From: an uncultured Gammaproteobacteria bacterium
Lineage (GTDB): Bacteria > Patescibacteriota > Microgenomatia > Levybacterales > UBA12049
Reading direction: 5' to 3'
Length of the DNA stretch: 39,487 bases
NCBI GenBank assembly: GCA_964461865.1
Contig: CAYWVK010000001.1
Location: forward strand, 3,218 to 42,704
Each line of letters opens with the position of its first letter. Within the stretch, counting starts at the first letter, position 1. Position numbers and translations under genes: made by a program. Shown piece by piece: positions 7,056 through 16,099 of the stretch. Below the pieces are notes generated by a model. It was not told the origin of the DNA and did not search any database. It saw nothing but the letters and a program-made list of their open reading frames with translations.

Positions 7056-8809
7056 GTAATGTCAGTTCCTAAAGAAAGCCAGTTTAAGGCATTGTAAACA
7101 GTGGTATATTTTCTGTTTGCATAAGATAAAGCATTTTTGCTTAAGCTTTTATATGCATTTTTATTATTAAAAAGATAATAAAGATAGTCTGCAACTTTTT
7201 TAGTATCTCCTGTTTTTACTAAATAACCGGTTAGCCCATGTTCTATTTGAATGGGAATTCCGCCTGTATTATAGGCAATTACGGGGATTCCTTTAAGTAA
7301 AGCTTCTGTAACCTTTATTTCAAATCCCTCTTTTATTGAAAGTTGAAGACAAACCTTACTTTTTCTTAATAGTGTATTTAAAAGTTGGTCAATATGAGGA
7401 ACTCTAATTGTTTTTATATCGTTTTTATATTTTTTATATTTTTTTTCATTTAGCATCTCTTTAATAAGGCTTAATATTGGTAATCCATCGGGGTCGTCGA
7501 TTGAGCCGTTGCCAACAATTACTAATTGTGGTTGTATTTTCTTGCCTAGTTTTTCTCTTAAAATATAAAATGCTTCAATTAAGTCAGGTATACCTTTGGA
7601 GGGATCAAATCTTGAAACTTGAATCAAATAAGGTCTTTTTAAATCCAATGGTGTTTGTCCTGTTTCCACTAAAAAACTATTAAAAAGTCTTAAATAATAA
7701 TTCATTTGTTGTTTTGTTAGGTTTTTATTTAGCCCATCGAGTAAATCGGTTGAAGCAGGCATAAAAACTAATTTTTTTGGGTTGAGACAATCAGGAACAA
7801 ATTCTATGGCTGGATGGCTGATAAATTTATCGGCTAATTTTATATTATTCCAAATAAAATCCCATGTTTCCTTTTGGGAAGAACCTTCTTTTTTCAATAA
7901 ATCCTTACAAAGATGAATATGAGATCTGAAAACAATTTTAATTTTAGGATTTAATTTTTTAATATGTGGAATTAATCCACATGGTTGAGGGTCATCAATA
8001 ACAACAAGGTTAGCATCTTTTAAATTATCTTTTAAGTTTTCAAAATTACTTTTTATCCATTTGTTATAAAGCTTTTTATCTTTTGTAGTTAGTCTTGTAT
8101 CTTTTCCAACTACATCTTGTAAAACATTATGAAATTTAGTTTTTGTTATTTGAAAAATATCTTCTTTTGGCTTCATAACAAACCAATATGCATCAATGTC
8201 TAAGAGCTTAAAAAATCTTAAAAGCGCATGTCTCATTAAAGCAACCCCTCCTCCCTTAGACGTTGCATTAATAAAAACCATTTTTTTTCTTTTAAATTTT
8301 TCAACAAGCTTTAATAAGTGAAGGAAATCATTAGGGGGTGTAATTTTTTCATAATCTTTTAAGCCCACCAAGTAGGATGTTGTTACCTGATTTTTGTTAG
8401 ATAAATTTTCAATAGCAATATTATTATCATCAAATTTTTTTAATGTATTTTTAGCTAATGCTTGGGCACGTAAATTTTTTTGTTGATTTATAAAGCAGAC
8501 AATATCTTCTTCAAGCCATGCTCTTGAAATTATTTCTTTAATGTTTTTAATCTTACCGGAAATAGTTAGTGCGATAAATTTATAGTTTTTATTAACACTT
8601 TTATCTTTTAAATATTTAATTAAGTCGGCATTAATATTTAATTTATTAAACGCCTCTTTTTTTGTTAATAAAATATTTTTACAAATTTCAGCTATTATTA
8701 ATTTTCCTTTTTTAAAACTTATTCCTGCATATATTGGAGGTGGAATTTTTATTTTCTTAATTTTAGTAGTGCTTGGTTCATTAATATTTACACTTCTTAT
8801 TGTGTTCAT
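7052..8809 (-). CDS. GT4 glycosyltransferase, TreT-like (trehalose glycosyltransferring synthase-like), with a unique N-terminal extension of about 140 aa
   Basis: 'KKMVFINATSKGGGVALMRHALLRFFKLLDIDAYWFVM...IFQITKTKFHNVLQ' parallels the archaeal TreT block (VNATAFGGGVAEIL...W.VI..FF.VTKKFHNALQG). The C-terminal 'EGFEIKVTEALLKGIPVIAYNTGGIPIQI' is the GT4 EX7E region. Confidence 0.65.
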   Translation of the reverse strand: MNTIRSVNINEPSTTKIKKIKIPPPIYAGISFKKGKLIIAEICKNILLTKKEAFNKLNINADLIKYLKDKSVNKNYKFIALTISGKIKNIKEIISRAWLEEDIVCFINQQKNLRAQALAKNTLKKFDDNNIAIENLSNKNQVTTSYLVGLKDYEKITPPNDFLHLLKLVEKFKRKKMVFINATSKGGGVALMRHALLRFFKLLDIDAYWFVMKPKEDIFQITKTKFHNVLQDVVGKDTRLTTKDKKLYNKWIKSNFENLKDNLKDANLVVIDDPQPCGLIPHIKKLNPKIKIVFRSHIHLCKDLLKKEGSSQKETWDFIWNNIKLADKFISHPAIEFVPDCLNPKKLVFMPASTDLLDGLNKNLTKQQMNYYLRLFNSFLVETGQTPLDLKRPYLIQVSRFDPSKGIPDLIEAFYILREKLGKKIQPQLVIVGNGSIDDPDGLPILSLIKEMLNEKKYKKYKNDIKTIRVPHIDQLLNTLLRKSKVCLQLSIKEGFEIKVTEALLKGIPVIAYNTGGIPIQIEHGLTGYLVKTGDTKKVADYLYYLFNNKNAYKSLSKNALSYANRKYTTVYNALNWLSLGTDIT

Positions 8810-8864
8810 AAAACTCTGTTATTTTTATCATAAAAGGATATGCTTTGCCTGTCAATAAGAAAAC

Positions 8865-8892
8865 TTGTAATTTTACTAAAAAGTAGTATACT
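8865..8892 (+). promoter_or_regulatory. Promoter candidate TTGTAA-16-TATACT
   Basis: Hexamers at 8865-8870 and 8887-8892, 17 nt upstream of ATG 8910. Confidence 0.35.
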
Positions 8893-8909
8893 TTATTTAA
8901 ATAGAGATC

Positions 8910-9491
8910 ATGAAAAAATACTTAGCATTAATAATAGTTATAGTAGTATTAATCGTAATCGCATTTTTTGTTTACTTTAATAATTCAAGTCAACAAGGTA
9001 GTCCAGTAGAGCAAGTAAAAACAGAAGGCAGTAATGCCTTCTCTTCGATTAAAGATGCAATGTCTAAATCATTAAGCTTAAAGTGTGAATATGATATGGG
9101 TGAAGGAAAAACAACTACTTATATTAAGGGAAACATGATCAGGGGAATAACCGAGGTAAAAAAAGAAGAGTCAAAATTTGCAAACTTTATAGTAAAAGAT
9201 AATAAGATGTGGATGTGGAATGAAGGGGAAAAAGACGGATATATTTTTGAATTTGATGAAGAAGAATTAAGCAATGATCAAGAGAATGTCTCTGGTGAAA
9301 CAAGTATTTCAGAAACAATTGAAGAGCTTGAGGAATATAAAGATAAATGTGTGGCATCTGTTGTATCGGATTCAATGTTTGCACCACCAGTAAGCGTTAA
9401 TTTTAAAAACCTAAGCAATTTACAGGAAGAAATGATGCAAGGGCTAGAAGATATTACTGGTTTACCTGAAGTGCCTGTTGATGAAGAGTAG
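8910..9491 (+). CDS. Hypothetical membrane-anchored exported protein with an acidic C-terminus
   Basis: 193-aa ORF with an N-terminal TM or signal anchor. A promoter-like TTGTAA-16-TATACT lies upstream. No motif recognised. Confidence 0.5.
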   Translation: MKKYLALIIVIVVLIVIAFFVYFNNSSQQGSPVEQVKTEGSNAFSSIKDAMSKSLSLKCEYDMGEGKTTTYIKGNMIRGITEVKKEESKFANFIVKDNKMWMWNEGEKDGYIFEFDEEELSNDQENVSGETSISETIEELEEYKDKCVASVVSDSMFAPPVSVNFKNLSNLQEEMMQGLEDITGLPEVPVDEE

Positions 9492-9538
9492 ATTAGGTAA
9501 AATAAGTAGAGTTTTAAAAGTTTATATTACCTCTTAAA

Positions 9539-11014
9539 ATGATTACTTCAAGAAAAACAAAAAAATTTACCATACTTCACTTAAATGATATGCATGGAGA
9601 TTTTTTAGCAGAAGTAAAAGAAGGAAAAACGGAGTTAATTGGTGGATTGGCTCTTTTATCAGGTTATATAAATAAAGTCAGAAAAGAAGAGGAAAATGTA
9701 ATATTTGTTATTGCAGGAGATATGGTACAGGGTTCATTAATAGATTCTGAATATAAAGGAATTTCAACAATCGAAATAATGAATTATTTAGCTCCGGATG
9801 TTGTAGCATTAGGAAATCATGAATTTGATTATGGTTTGCCACATCTTTTATTTTTGGAAAAAATGGCAAATTTTCCTATTGTAAATGCAAATTTGTATAT
9901 TAAAAAATATTATAAAAGACTAATGCAGCCTTTTTATATTAAAAAAATGGCTGGAATGGATATTTTATTCACGGGAATAATAACGGAAAAAATAATGGAT
10001 GCATTATCCCAAGATAAATTAATTGGAAGCTTTGTAACACTTGAAGAAGCAAGTAAGGAAGTTGGTAAAATTACTAATGCATATAAAAAGGATGATATTG
10101 ATCTGACGATTCTTTTAACCCATATTGGACTTGATTCCGATATTCAACTTGCAAAAATGTTAAAACCAGAATGGGGAGTGGATTTAATTATTGGTGGGCA
10201 TTCTCATTCATATTTAAAAGAACCTGTTAAGGAGAATAATATTTTAATTGCACAAGCAGGTGTTGGAACAGATCAGGTAGGAAGGTTTGATATCGTTGTT
10301 AATGATGACACAAATTCAATTATTGAATATCAATGGAAAACAGTTGATATTAACGAAAAAAACGCTAAGCCTGATCTTGAATTATTAAAATATATAGAAA
10401 GATATAAAAAAATTGTTGATCAAAAATATAACACTCAAATTACAAAAAGTAATAAAAAATTAATTCATCCAAAAAGAGAAATATCAACTTCACTCGGGAA
10501 TTTAATAGCAGATATTTTTGCCCAAGCATCAGAGTGTGATGTGATGCTAGTTGGTTCAGGTTCAATAAGAATAAAAGAAATGGGACCAGTGATTACTTTG
10601 GGAGATTTAATGGCATGTTTTCCCTACGATGATGTTTTAGTGAGGTATTCAATAACAGGAAGATACTTAAAAAAAATTTTTTCACATATTTTAAGACCGG
10701 AAAACAGAACGGGCGAAGGAGAATGTTATCAGATAAATAAAGAAGTTCTGGTTATATATGATGAGAAATTAAAAAAAATAATTTCTTTTAAAATTAGAGA
10801 AGAAGAAATCTCGGATGAAAAATTGTATAAAATTTGCATGCAAGGATATCATGCAAACAATGCTAAGGCATATCTTAATTTAAGCGATGAAGAACTTAGA
10901 GAAAGTAAAGATTATAAAGTAGTTTCTACATCAGGGCAAGATATTTTAGAGGAGTATTTTAGAAATTATCAAAATATCATTGGAGATTTTAAAGAAAGAT
11001 TAATTTTTAAATAA
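9539..11014 (+). CDS. Bifunctional metallophosphatase/5'-nucleotidase (UshA/YfkN family)
   Basis: Calcineurin-like motifs occur in order: 'ILHLNDMHG', 'GDMVQGS', 'GNHEFDYG', 'THIGL', 'GGHSH'. A C-terminal 5'-nucleotidase substrate domain follows. No N-terminal signal peptide. Confidence 0.8.
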   Translation: MITSRKTKKFTILHLNDMHGDFLAEVKEGKTELIGGLALLSGYINKVRKEEENVIFVIAGDMVQGSLIDSEYKGISTIEIMNYLAPDVVALGNHEFDYGLPHLLFLEKMANFPIVNANLYIKKYYKRLMQPFYIKKMAGMDILFTGIITEKIMDALSQDKLIGSFVTLEEASKEVGKITNAYKKDDIDLTILLTHIGLDSDIQLAKMLKPEWGVDLIIGGHSHSYLKEPVKENNILIAQAGVGTDQVGRFDIVVNDDTNSIIEYQWKTVDINEKNAKPDLELLKYIERYKKIVDQKYNTQITKSNKKLIHPKREISTSLGNLIADIFAQASECDVMLVGSGSIRIKEMGPVITLGDLMACFPYDDVLVRYSITGRYLKKIFSHILRPENRTGEGECYQINKEVLVIYDEKLKKIISFKIREEEISDEKLYKICMQGYHANNAKAYLNLSDEELRESKDYKVVSTSGQDILEEYFRNYQNIIGDFKERLIFK

Positions 11015-11015
11015 A

Positions 11016-11549
11016 TTAAGGGCCTGTATTTAAAGAGGATATTTTCCAGTTGTTGTTTATTTTTTCAATTACTACCCAACGTAAATTTTCTCCATTGTTC
11101 CAACCATAATAAGGAATTGGTGCATTAGCAGAGTTTGGATTCATGGTTACATCTAAGAGCACCTTGTAGGATTTTTTAGATTGTGTCCACTCCTCCTCTA
11201 TTGAAGGCTCTATTGTTTTTGCAACAATTTGATTGATGTTATTAAAGTGTACGCCCCATGCTTGCTTATTAGGTTCATTGCCAATCATTTCTGGCGTCAT
11301 CATGTCAATAGCATTGGTAATATTTTTTTCGTTAATTAAATTAAAAAAAGTTTTAATAATATCCTCATCCTTTGGCAATGGAACAGAAGAAGAGGAAGCG
11401 CTTGGAGAAACAGAAACGATTTGCGAGGGATTAATGTTAGTGGTTGAGGTTAAGTTTTTGTTTTCATTATTATCTTTATTGATTTGGGAATAGCCAATAA
11501 TAATTATTAGGCCAAAAATAATAATTATGGGTAAGATATATTTATTCAT
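11016..11549 (-). CDS. Hypothetical membrane-anchored exported protein
   Basis: 177-aa ORF with an N-terminal TM span, a Ser-rich linker and a globular C-terminal domain. It overlaps the upstream AI-2E gene stop by 4 nt. Confidence 0.5.
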   Translation of the reverse strand: MNKYILPIIIIFGLIIIIGYSQINKDNNENKNLTSTTNINPSQIVSVSPSASSSSVPLPKDEDIIKTFFNLINEKNITNAIDMMTPEMIGNEPNKQAWGVHFNNINQIVAKTIEPSIEEEWTQSKKSYKVLLDVTMNPNSANAPIPYYGWNNGENLRWVVIEKINNNWKISSLNTGP

Positions 11550-12544
11550 TCTAATTTTTCGGTTTTAAGGCCTCTAAAAATTATTATAAGCATTGCTATA
11601 AAAGGAATAGCCAGAAGTGCCCCGATTATTCCAATTAACCTTGCTCCTGTTACAATTGCCAAAATGATTACTATTGGATTAAGTCCAACTGCTTTTTGCA
11701 TAATTTTTGGAACCAATAAATTATTTTCCAAAGCTTGAATTACAACGTAAGAAAGAGCAACTATGATAGCCATTGTTGGAGAAATTGCTAAGGCAACGAT
11801 AATAGCAGGAATAGCTGAAATTATTGGTCCAACAGTTGGAATAATTTCTAAAAGTCCTGCAACTACTGCCAATGGTAGAGCAAATTTTAACCCCAAAAGC
11901 GTTAAAACAATCCATGTTAAAAGTCCTATTGAAAAACAAAGCAAAACTTGGCCTCTGAACCATGCTCCTAATTTTTCTTCAACAAGTGTTAATATTTCCT
12001 CTGCTTTTGCTTGATTGTTTTTAGGAAAAAGAGAAATAAAGCCTTTTTGTATTCTTTCTTTATCGATTAACATATAAAAACTAACCACAAAGACAGTGAG
12101 CGTTGAAAAAAGTCCACCAAATAGTTTACTGGTTACAGAAAAAGCATTTTCTCCAATCGCTCCCAACTCATTTCCTAAAAATTGATTAATCTGATTAATA
12201 TCAGTTGGTAAATAAAGAATTGTTGCTACTTGATTAAGGTATTTAGGGAAGCTACTAAAAAGAGCTTGTATTTGCGATACAAAAAAAGGAATAATTGGGA
12301 AAATTAAGGAAAACAAAATTATTAAAACGATAAGGTATGAAATTAATGCAGCAATTACCTTGGGAATTTTTTTCTTTTGTAAAAATTTTACTGCTGGAGA
12401 CAGCGTTGCCATAATTATAAAGGAGATAAAAACCAGAATTAAAACATCTTTAACCAGGAAGATAAAGTAAACCGCAAACAAAAAAATTATTGTAGCCAAA
12501 AAGTGATTATGCAAAAAATATTTTAAAAAAGAATTATTGTTCAT
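11546..12544 (-). CDS. AI-2E family transporter (PerM/UPF0118)
   Basis: 332-aa, roughly 8-TM protein. The C-terminal 'LLEIIPTVGPIISAIPAIIVAL...ALENNLLVPKIMQKAVGLNP' is the family hallmark. Confidence 0.75.
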   Translation of the reverse strand: MNNNSFLKYFLHNHFLATIIFLFAVYFIFLVKDVLILVFISFIIMATLSPAVKFLQKKKIPKVIAALISYLIVLIILFSLIFPIIPFFVSQIQALFSSFPKYLNQVATILYLPTDINQINQFLGNELGAIGENAFSVTSKLFGGLFSTLTVFVVSFYMLIDKERIQKGFISLFPKNNQAKAEEILTLVEEKLGAWFRGQVLLCFSIGLLTWIVLTLLGLKFALPLAVVAGLLEIIPTVGPIISAIPAIIVALAISPTMAIIVALSYVVIQALENNLLVPKIMQKAVGLNPIVIILAIVTGARLIGIIGALLAIPFIAMLIIIFRGLKTEKLE

Positions 12545-12590
12545 CTTAAATTTGATATTAGCAAATGATAACTATAAATACAACAAAAGC

Positions 12591-13562
12591 TTAGAAAAAC
12601 TTAAGTCTTAAATACACCCAGCGAATTTTATCAGCAAAAATATATAATATATAAAGAAAATTATTAATGACTAAGTCATAACTTCCAACAAATTCTACTA
12701 ATCTTGCACCGTAACCTTGTTTAAAGCGATGAAATCCAAACCAGGGGTTTTTAGGGTTAGGATTAGGTCCAAGTGCTCCCCACATATCAAATTTTTTAAG
12801 ACCTAATTTTTGCCCAAATTTTATTGCTTCCCACATCATTAAATTAGAAGCCATATATTCGCGGTTTTTTGAACTTGATGCGCCATATGGATAATAAAGA
12901 GTGTCCTTAAAAACAAATAACATCCAGGCAGCTAGGATATTACCGTTTTGTTTAGCCAAAAATAAATGTATGGATAAATTATTTTTTCCACATTTCTTAT
13001 TTTTAAAAGATTTCCACATTAGTCGATGGTAATTTTCGCTGTGTGCATAAAATTTTTGTCTAGTCGTTGTTTCGCTAGTTAATTTTAAATATTGCTCAAA
13101 GGCTTTATCGGAGTTATCTTCAATTATTTTTACATTGTGTTTTTGAGCAACCTTTATGTTATATCTTGTTTTATGATGCATATTTTTTAGGAGCTCATCT
13201 TCGCTTTTTGTAATATCTAGCTGAAAAGTAAAGCGGGTAAAAAGTGGATGTGCGGATAAAACAAGGCCTAGTTTTTTAAGCTTTTCTTCACTTTGAGAAG
13301 TTTTTTCAATATTTGGTTCCAGTTGAATAAAAATACATTTATGCTCTTTTGCAAGAATTTTTAATTCTTTAATTGATTCTTTATTAGGCATTGGGCCTTT
13401 TGGTAAATATCCTATTGTCCAATTAATTTTTGGAATATTATGAATTGTTAATTGAATTCCATTTTTTCTTATTACTTTAATGCCACTTTTTTCTCTAAAT
13501 TCTCCCCATTCAAACGATTGGAGTGGATGAGTAGCAAAGTTATTTAAATTATTAATTTTCAT
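12591..13562 (-). CDS. FemAB-family peptidoglycan peptide-bridge aminoacyltransferase (FemX-like)
   Basis: 'HPLQSFEWGEFREKSG', 'HHKTRYNIKVAQKHNV' and 'YYPYGASSSKNREYMASNLMMWEAIKFGQKLGLKKFDMWG' match the FemAB/lipid II glycyltransferase family layout. Confidence 0.75.
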   Translation of the reverse strand: MKINNLNNFATHPLQSFEWGEFREKSGIKVIRKNGIQLTIHNIPKINWTIGYLPKGPMPNKESIKELKILAKEHKCIFIQLEPNIEKTSQSEEKLKKLGLVLSAHPLFTRFTFQLDITKSEDELLKNMHHKTRYNIKVAQKHNVKIIEDNSDKAFEQYLKLTSETTTRQKFYAHSENYHRLMWKSFKNKKCGKNNLSIHLFLAKQNGNILAAWMLFVFKDTLYYPYGASSSKNREYMASNLMMWEAIKFGQKLGLKKFDMWGALGPNPNPKNPWFGFHRFKQGYGARLVEFVGSYDLVINNFLYILYIFADKIRWVYLRLKFF

Positions 13563-15409
13563 AAGTATTCTGGAATCTCTTCTTTTTGTGAAAAAGAAAG
13601 ATTATTTGCTAAAATTTCTTCCGGTAAATCAAAAACAAATCTTGAAACCATATTGTTTGTTCTTTGTCCAAAAAATAATCTTTTTTTTGAATATGTTAAA
13701 TATAATTTTTGTTTTGCTCTTGTCATTCCAACATAACAAAGTCTTCTTTCTTCTTCAAGCTCATCTTTATTCATTAAAGATCTACTGTGTGGGAATAAGC
13801 CTTCTTCCATACCGATTATAAAAACAACTGAAAATTCTAATCCTTTTGCAGCATGAAGTGTCATTAAATTTACGACATTTTTTGTATTTTTATTTTCCTG
13901 AGGACGACTGGGTAAATGCTCTTGCTCAACTAAAGAAACATTTTCTAAAAAATCATTAATTTCCGCAAACTCAACAGCAACAGATCTTAGTTCCTTGATG
14001 TTTTCAAGCCTTTGTAGGTCTTCTTCATCTTTTTCATCAAAAAATAGTAAATAATCTGTTGCTTTAATTATTTTATCCATAATCTCAAGGGTTGTTTTAT
14101 TTGTTAATTGTTCTTTGTCAAATTCCATAAATTTACTAAACCTTTTTTTACCCAGTTTTTCTATTCTTTTTTTAGAAATAGAATCTTTAGGGTTTGCTAT
14201 TAGTTTTAAATAGGCAAGTATATCTTTAATTTCTTTTCTTTCATAAAATCTTGTTCCACCGATTAAGACATAAGGTAAACCATGACGAATAAAAACTTCT
14301 TCAATTACTCTTGATTGGGCGTTTGTTCTGTAAAGAACTGCAATGTCTGAAAATTTAATATCTTTTTGTTGATATCTTAAGTAAGCAATCTGTTCAACAA
14401 TAAATTCTGCTTCGTTGTGTTCGTTTCTTGCTTCAAAAAGCATAATTTCGTCCCCGCTTTTATTTTCAGTCCAGAGCTTTAAAATTGGATGACTGTTGTT
14501 TTTAGAAATTACCGAAAAGGATGCATCTAATATTTTTTGTGTTGATCTATAGTTTTGCGATAAATTGAAGGTTTTAATATTATTAAAATCTTCTTTAAAT
14601 TTTATCAAATTTTGAAAATCAGCTCCTCTCCAGCTGTATATGCTTTGAGAAAAATCACCAACAACACAGAGATTATTCCATTTGGATGCCAGCATTTTGG
14701 TTATTAAATATTGGGCATGATTTGTGTCTTGATATTCATCCACTAAAATATATTTAAATTTATCTTGATATTTTTCTAAAACTTGAGGATTTTCCTTAAA
14801 AAGTTTAACTGTTTTTAAAAGCAAATCATCGAAATCTAAAGCATTATTGTCATTTAATAATTTTTGATAGGAAAGATAAACCCTGGCAACAACTTGCTGA
14901 AAATTTCCTCTTGCATAATTTGGATATTCAAGTTCTGAAATTAATTCATTTTTTGCTTGGGAAATCGTAGCTAAGACAGAAGATGGTTTAAATTCTTTGT
15001 TAGAGATATTTAGTGTTTTAAATATTTCTTTTATTGCGTCTTTTTGATCTTGCTCGTCGTAGATTATATAATTTGAACCAAGCCCAACATATTTTCCCTC
15101 AGTTCTTAGTATCCTAGCACAAAGTGAATGAAAAGTAGAAATTAATGGCTTTAAATTTTTTTTAGAAATGGTTATATCAAGAAATTTTTCTACTCTTTCT
15201 TGCATTTCGTGAGCAGCTTTGTTAGTAAATGTAATCATAAGAATATTATCAGGGCTAGTAATATTTTGAGAGATTAAATTCAAAACCTTAAAAGTTAAAA
15301 CTCTTGTTTTTCCTGATCCTGCTCCTGCAAGTATAATCATTGGTCCATTACTATTTAATACTGCTTGTTTTTGCTCAGCATTTAGGTTGTTGAGAAAGTC
15401 TTTGTTCAT
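13559..15409 (-). CDS. UvrD/PcrA-family ATP-dependent DNA helicase
   Basis: Walker A 'AGAGSGKTRVLT', 'DEYQDTN', 'NYRST' and motif VI 'LCYVGMTRAKQKLYLTY'. I prefer ATG 15409 (MNKDFLNNLNAEQ...). The ORF track extends to a GTG at 15427, which would abut tpiA. Confidence 0.85.
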   Translation of the reverse strand: MNKDFLNNLNAEQKQAVLNSNGPMIILAGAGSGKTRVLTFKVLNLISQNITSPDNILMITFTNKAAHEMQERVEKFLDITISKKNLKPLISTFHSLCARILRTEGKYVGLGSNYIIYDEQDQKDAIKEIFKTLNISNKEFKPSSVLATISQAKNELISELEYPNYARGNFQQVVARVYLSYQKLLNDNNALDFDDLLLKTVKLFKENPQVLEKYQDKFKYILVDEYQDTNHAQYLITKMLASKWNNLCVVGDFSQSIYSWRGADFQNLIKFKEDFNNIKTFNLSQNYRSTQKILDASFSVISKNNSHPILKLWTENKSGDEIMLFEARNEHNEAEFIVEQIAYLRYQQKDIKFSDIAVLYRTNAQSRVIEEVFIRHGLPYVLIGGTRFYERKEIKDILAYLKLIANPKDSISKKRIEKLGKKRFSKFMEFDKEQLTNKTTLEIMDKIIKATDYLLFFDEKDEEDLQRLENIKELRSVAVEFAEINDFLENVSLVEQEHLPSRPQENKNTKNVVNLMTLHAAKGLEFSVVFIIGMEEGLFPHSRSLMNKDELEEERRLCYVGMTRAKQKLYLTYSKKRLFFGQRTNNMVSRFVFDLPEEILANNLSFSQKEEIPEYL

Positions 15410-15419
15410 ACCGTATAAT
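15390..15419 (+). promoter_or_regulatory. Promoter candidate TTGAGA-18-TATAAT, 8 nt upstream of the tpiA ATG
   Basis: Perfect TATAAT at 15414-15419 inside the 18-bp uvrD/tpiA gap. The -35-like hexamer at 15390-15395 lies inside the helicase coding sequence. Confidence 0.45.
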
Positions 15420-15427
15420 GATATCAC

Positions 15428-16099
15428 ATGAAACCTTTATTAATCATAGCTAACTGGAAATCAAATAAGACCGCTATGGAAGCTGAAGAATGGATTAGAG
15501 AGGTTAAGAACTATAAACAAGAAGTAGAAAATATAGAGAATAAAGAAGTAATTATTTGTCCGCCCTTTACTCTTTTGCCAATTCTTAAAACTTTGTTTTT
15601 ACAAAACAATCTTAAGTTTAAACTAGGAGCGCAAGATATGTCTCCCTTCGATAAAGGTGCTTATACAGGTGAAATTAACGCAAGACAAATCAAGGAATTT
15701 GCAGAATATGTAATTATTGGACATTCTGAAAGAAGACAAAATTTTAATGAAAATGATAAAATACTTGGACAAAAAGTAGAAATGGCAGCAAATCATAATG
15801 TTTCTACAATATATTGTGTACAAAATATTTTAACCAGCGTGCCAAAAGAAGTAAAAGTGATTGCCTACGAACCGATTTTTGCAATTGGCAGCGGAAAGCC
15901 GGATACGCCTCAAAGCGCAAAAGAAGTTTCAATTGCATTTAAAGAAAAAAGCAGTAATATAGAAAAAGTAATTTATGGAGGAAGTGTTACGTCTGAAAAT
16001 GTTAATAGTTTTACAAAAGAAGATGGCATAGACGGAGTGTTAATAGGTGGAGCAAGTCTTAATCCCCAGGAGTTTATAAAAATAATAAAAAATGCGTAA
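15428..16099 (+). CDS. tpiA: Triosephosphate isomerase
   Basis: 'IIANWKSNKT', 'IIGHSERR', 'AYEPIFAIGSGK' and 'YGGSV' are the catalytic N/K, H and E motifs and the phosphate-binding loop. Confidence 0.9.
   Translation: MKPLLIIANWKSNKTAMEAEEWIREVKNYKQEVENIENKEVIICPPFTLLPILKTLFLQNNLKFKLGAQDMSPFDKGAYTGEINARQIKEFAEYVIIGHSERRQNFNENDKILGQKVEMAANHNVSTIYCVQNILTSVPKEVKVIAYEPIFAIGSGKPDTPQSAKEVSIAFKEKSSNIEKVIYGGSVTSENVNSFTKEDGIDGVLIGGASLNPQEFIKIIKNA

Noticed and set aside
9496-9531. Long-range inverted repeat AGGTAA...TTACCT between the hypothetical gene and the 5'-nucleotidase gene, as a possible terminator.
   Set aside because: The stem is 6 bp with a loop of about 24 nt and no T-tract. This is likely chance in AT-rich DNA.
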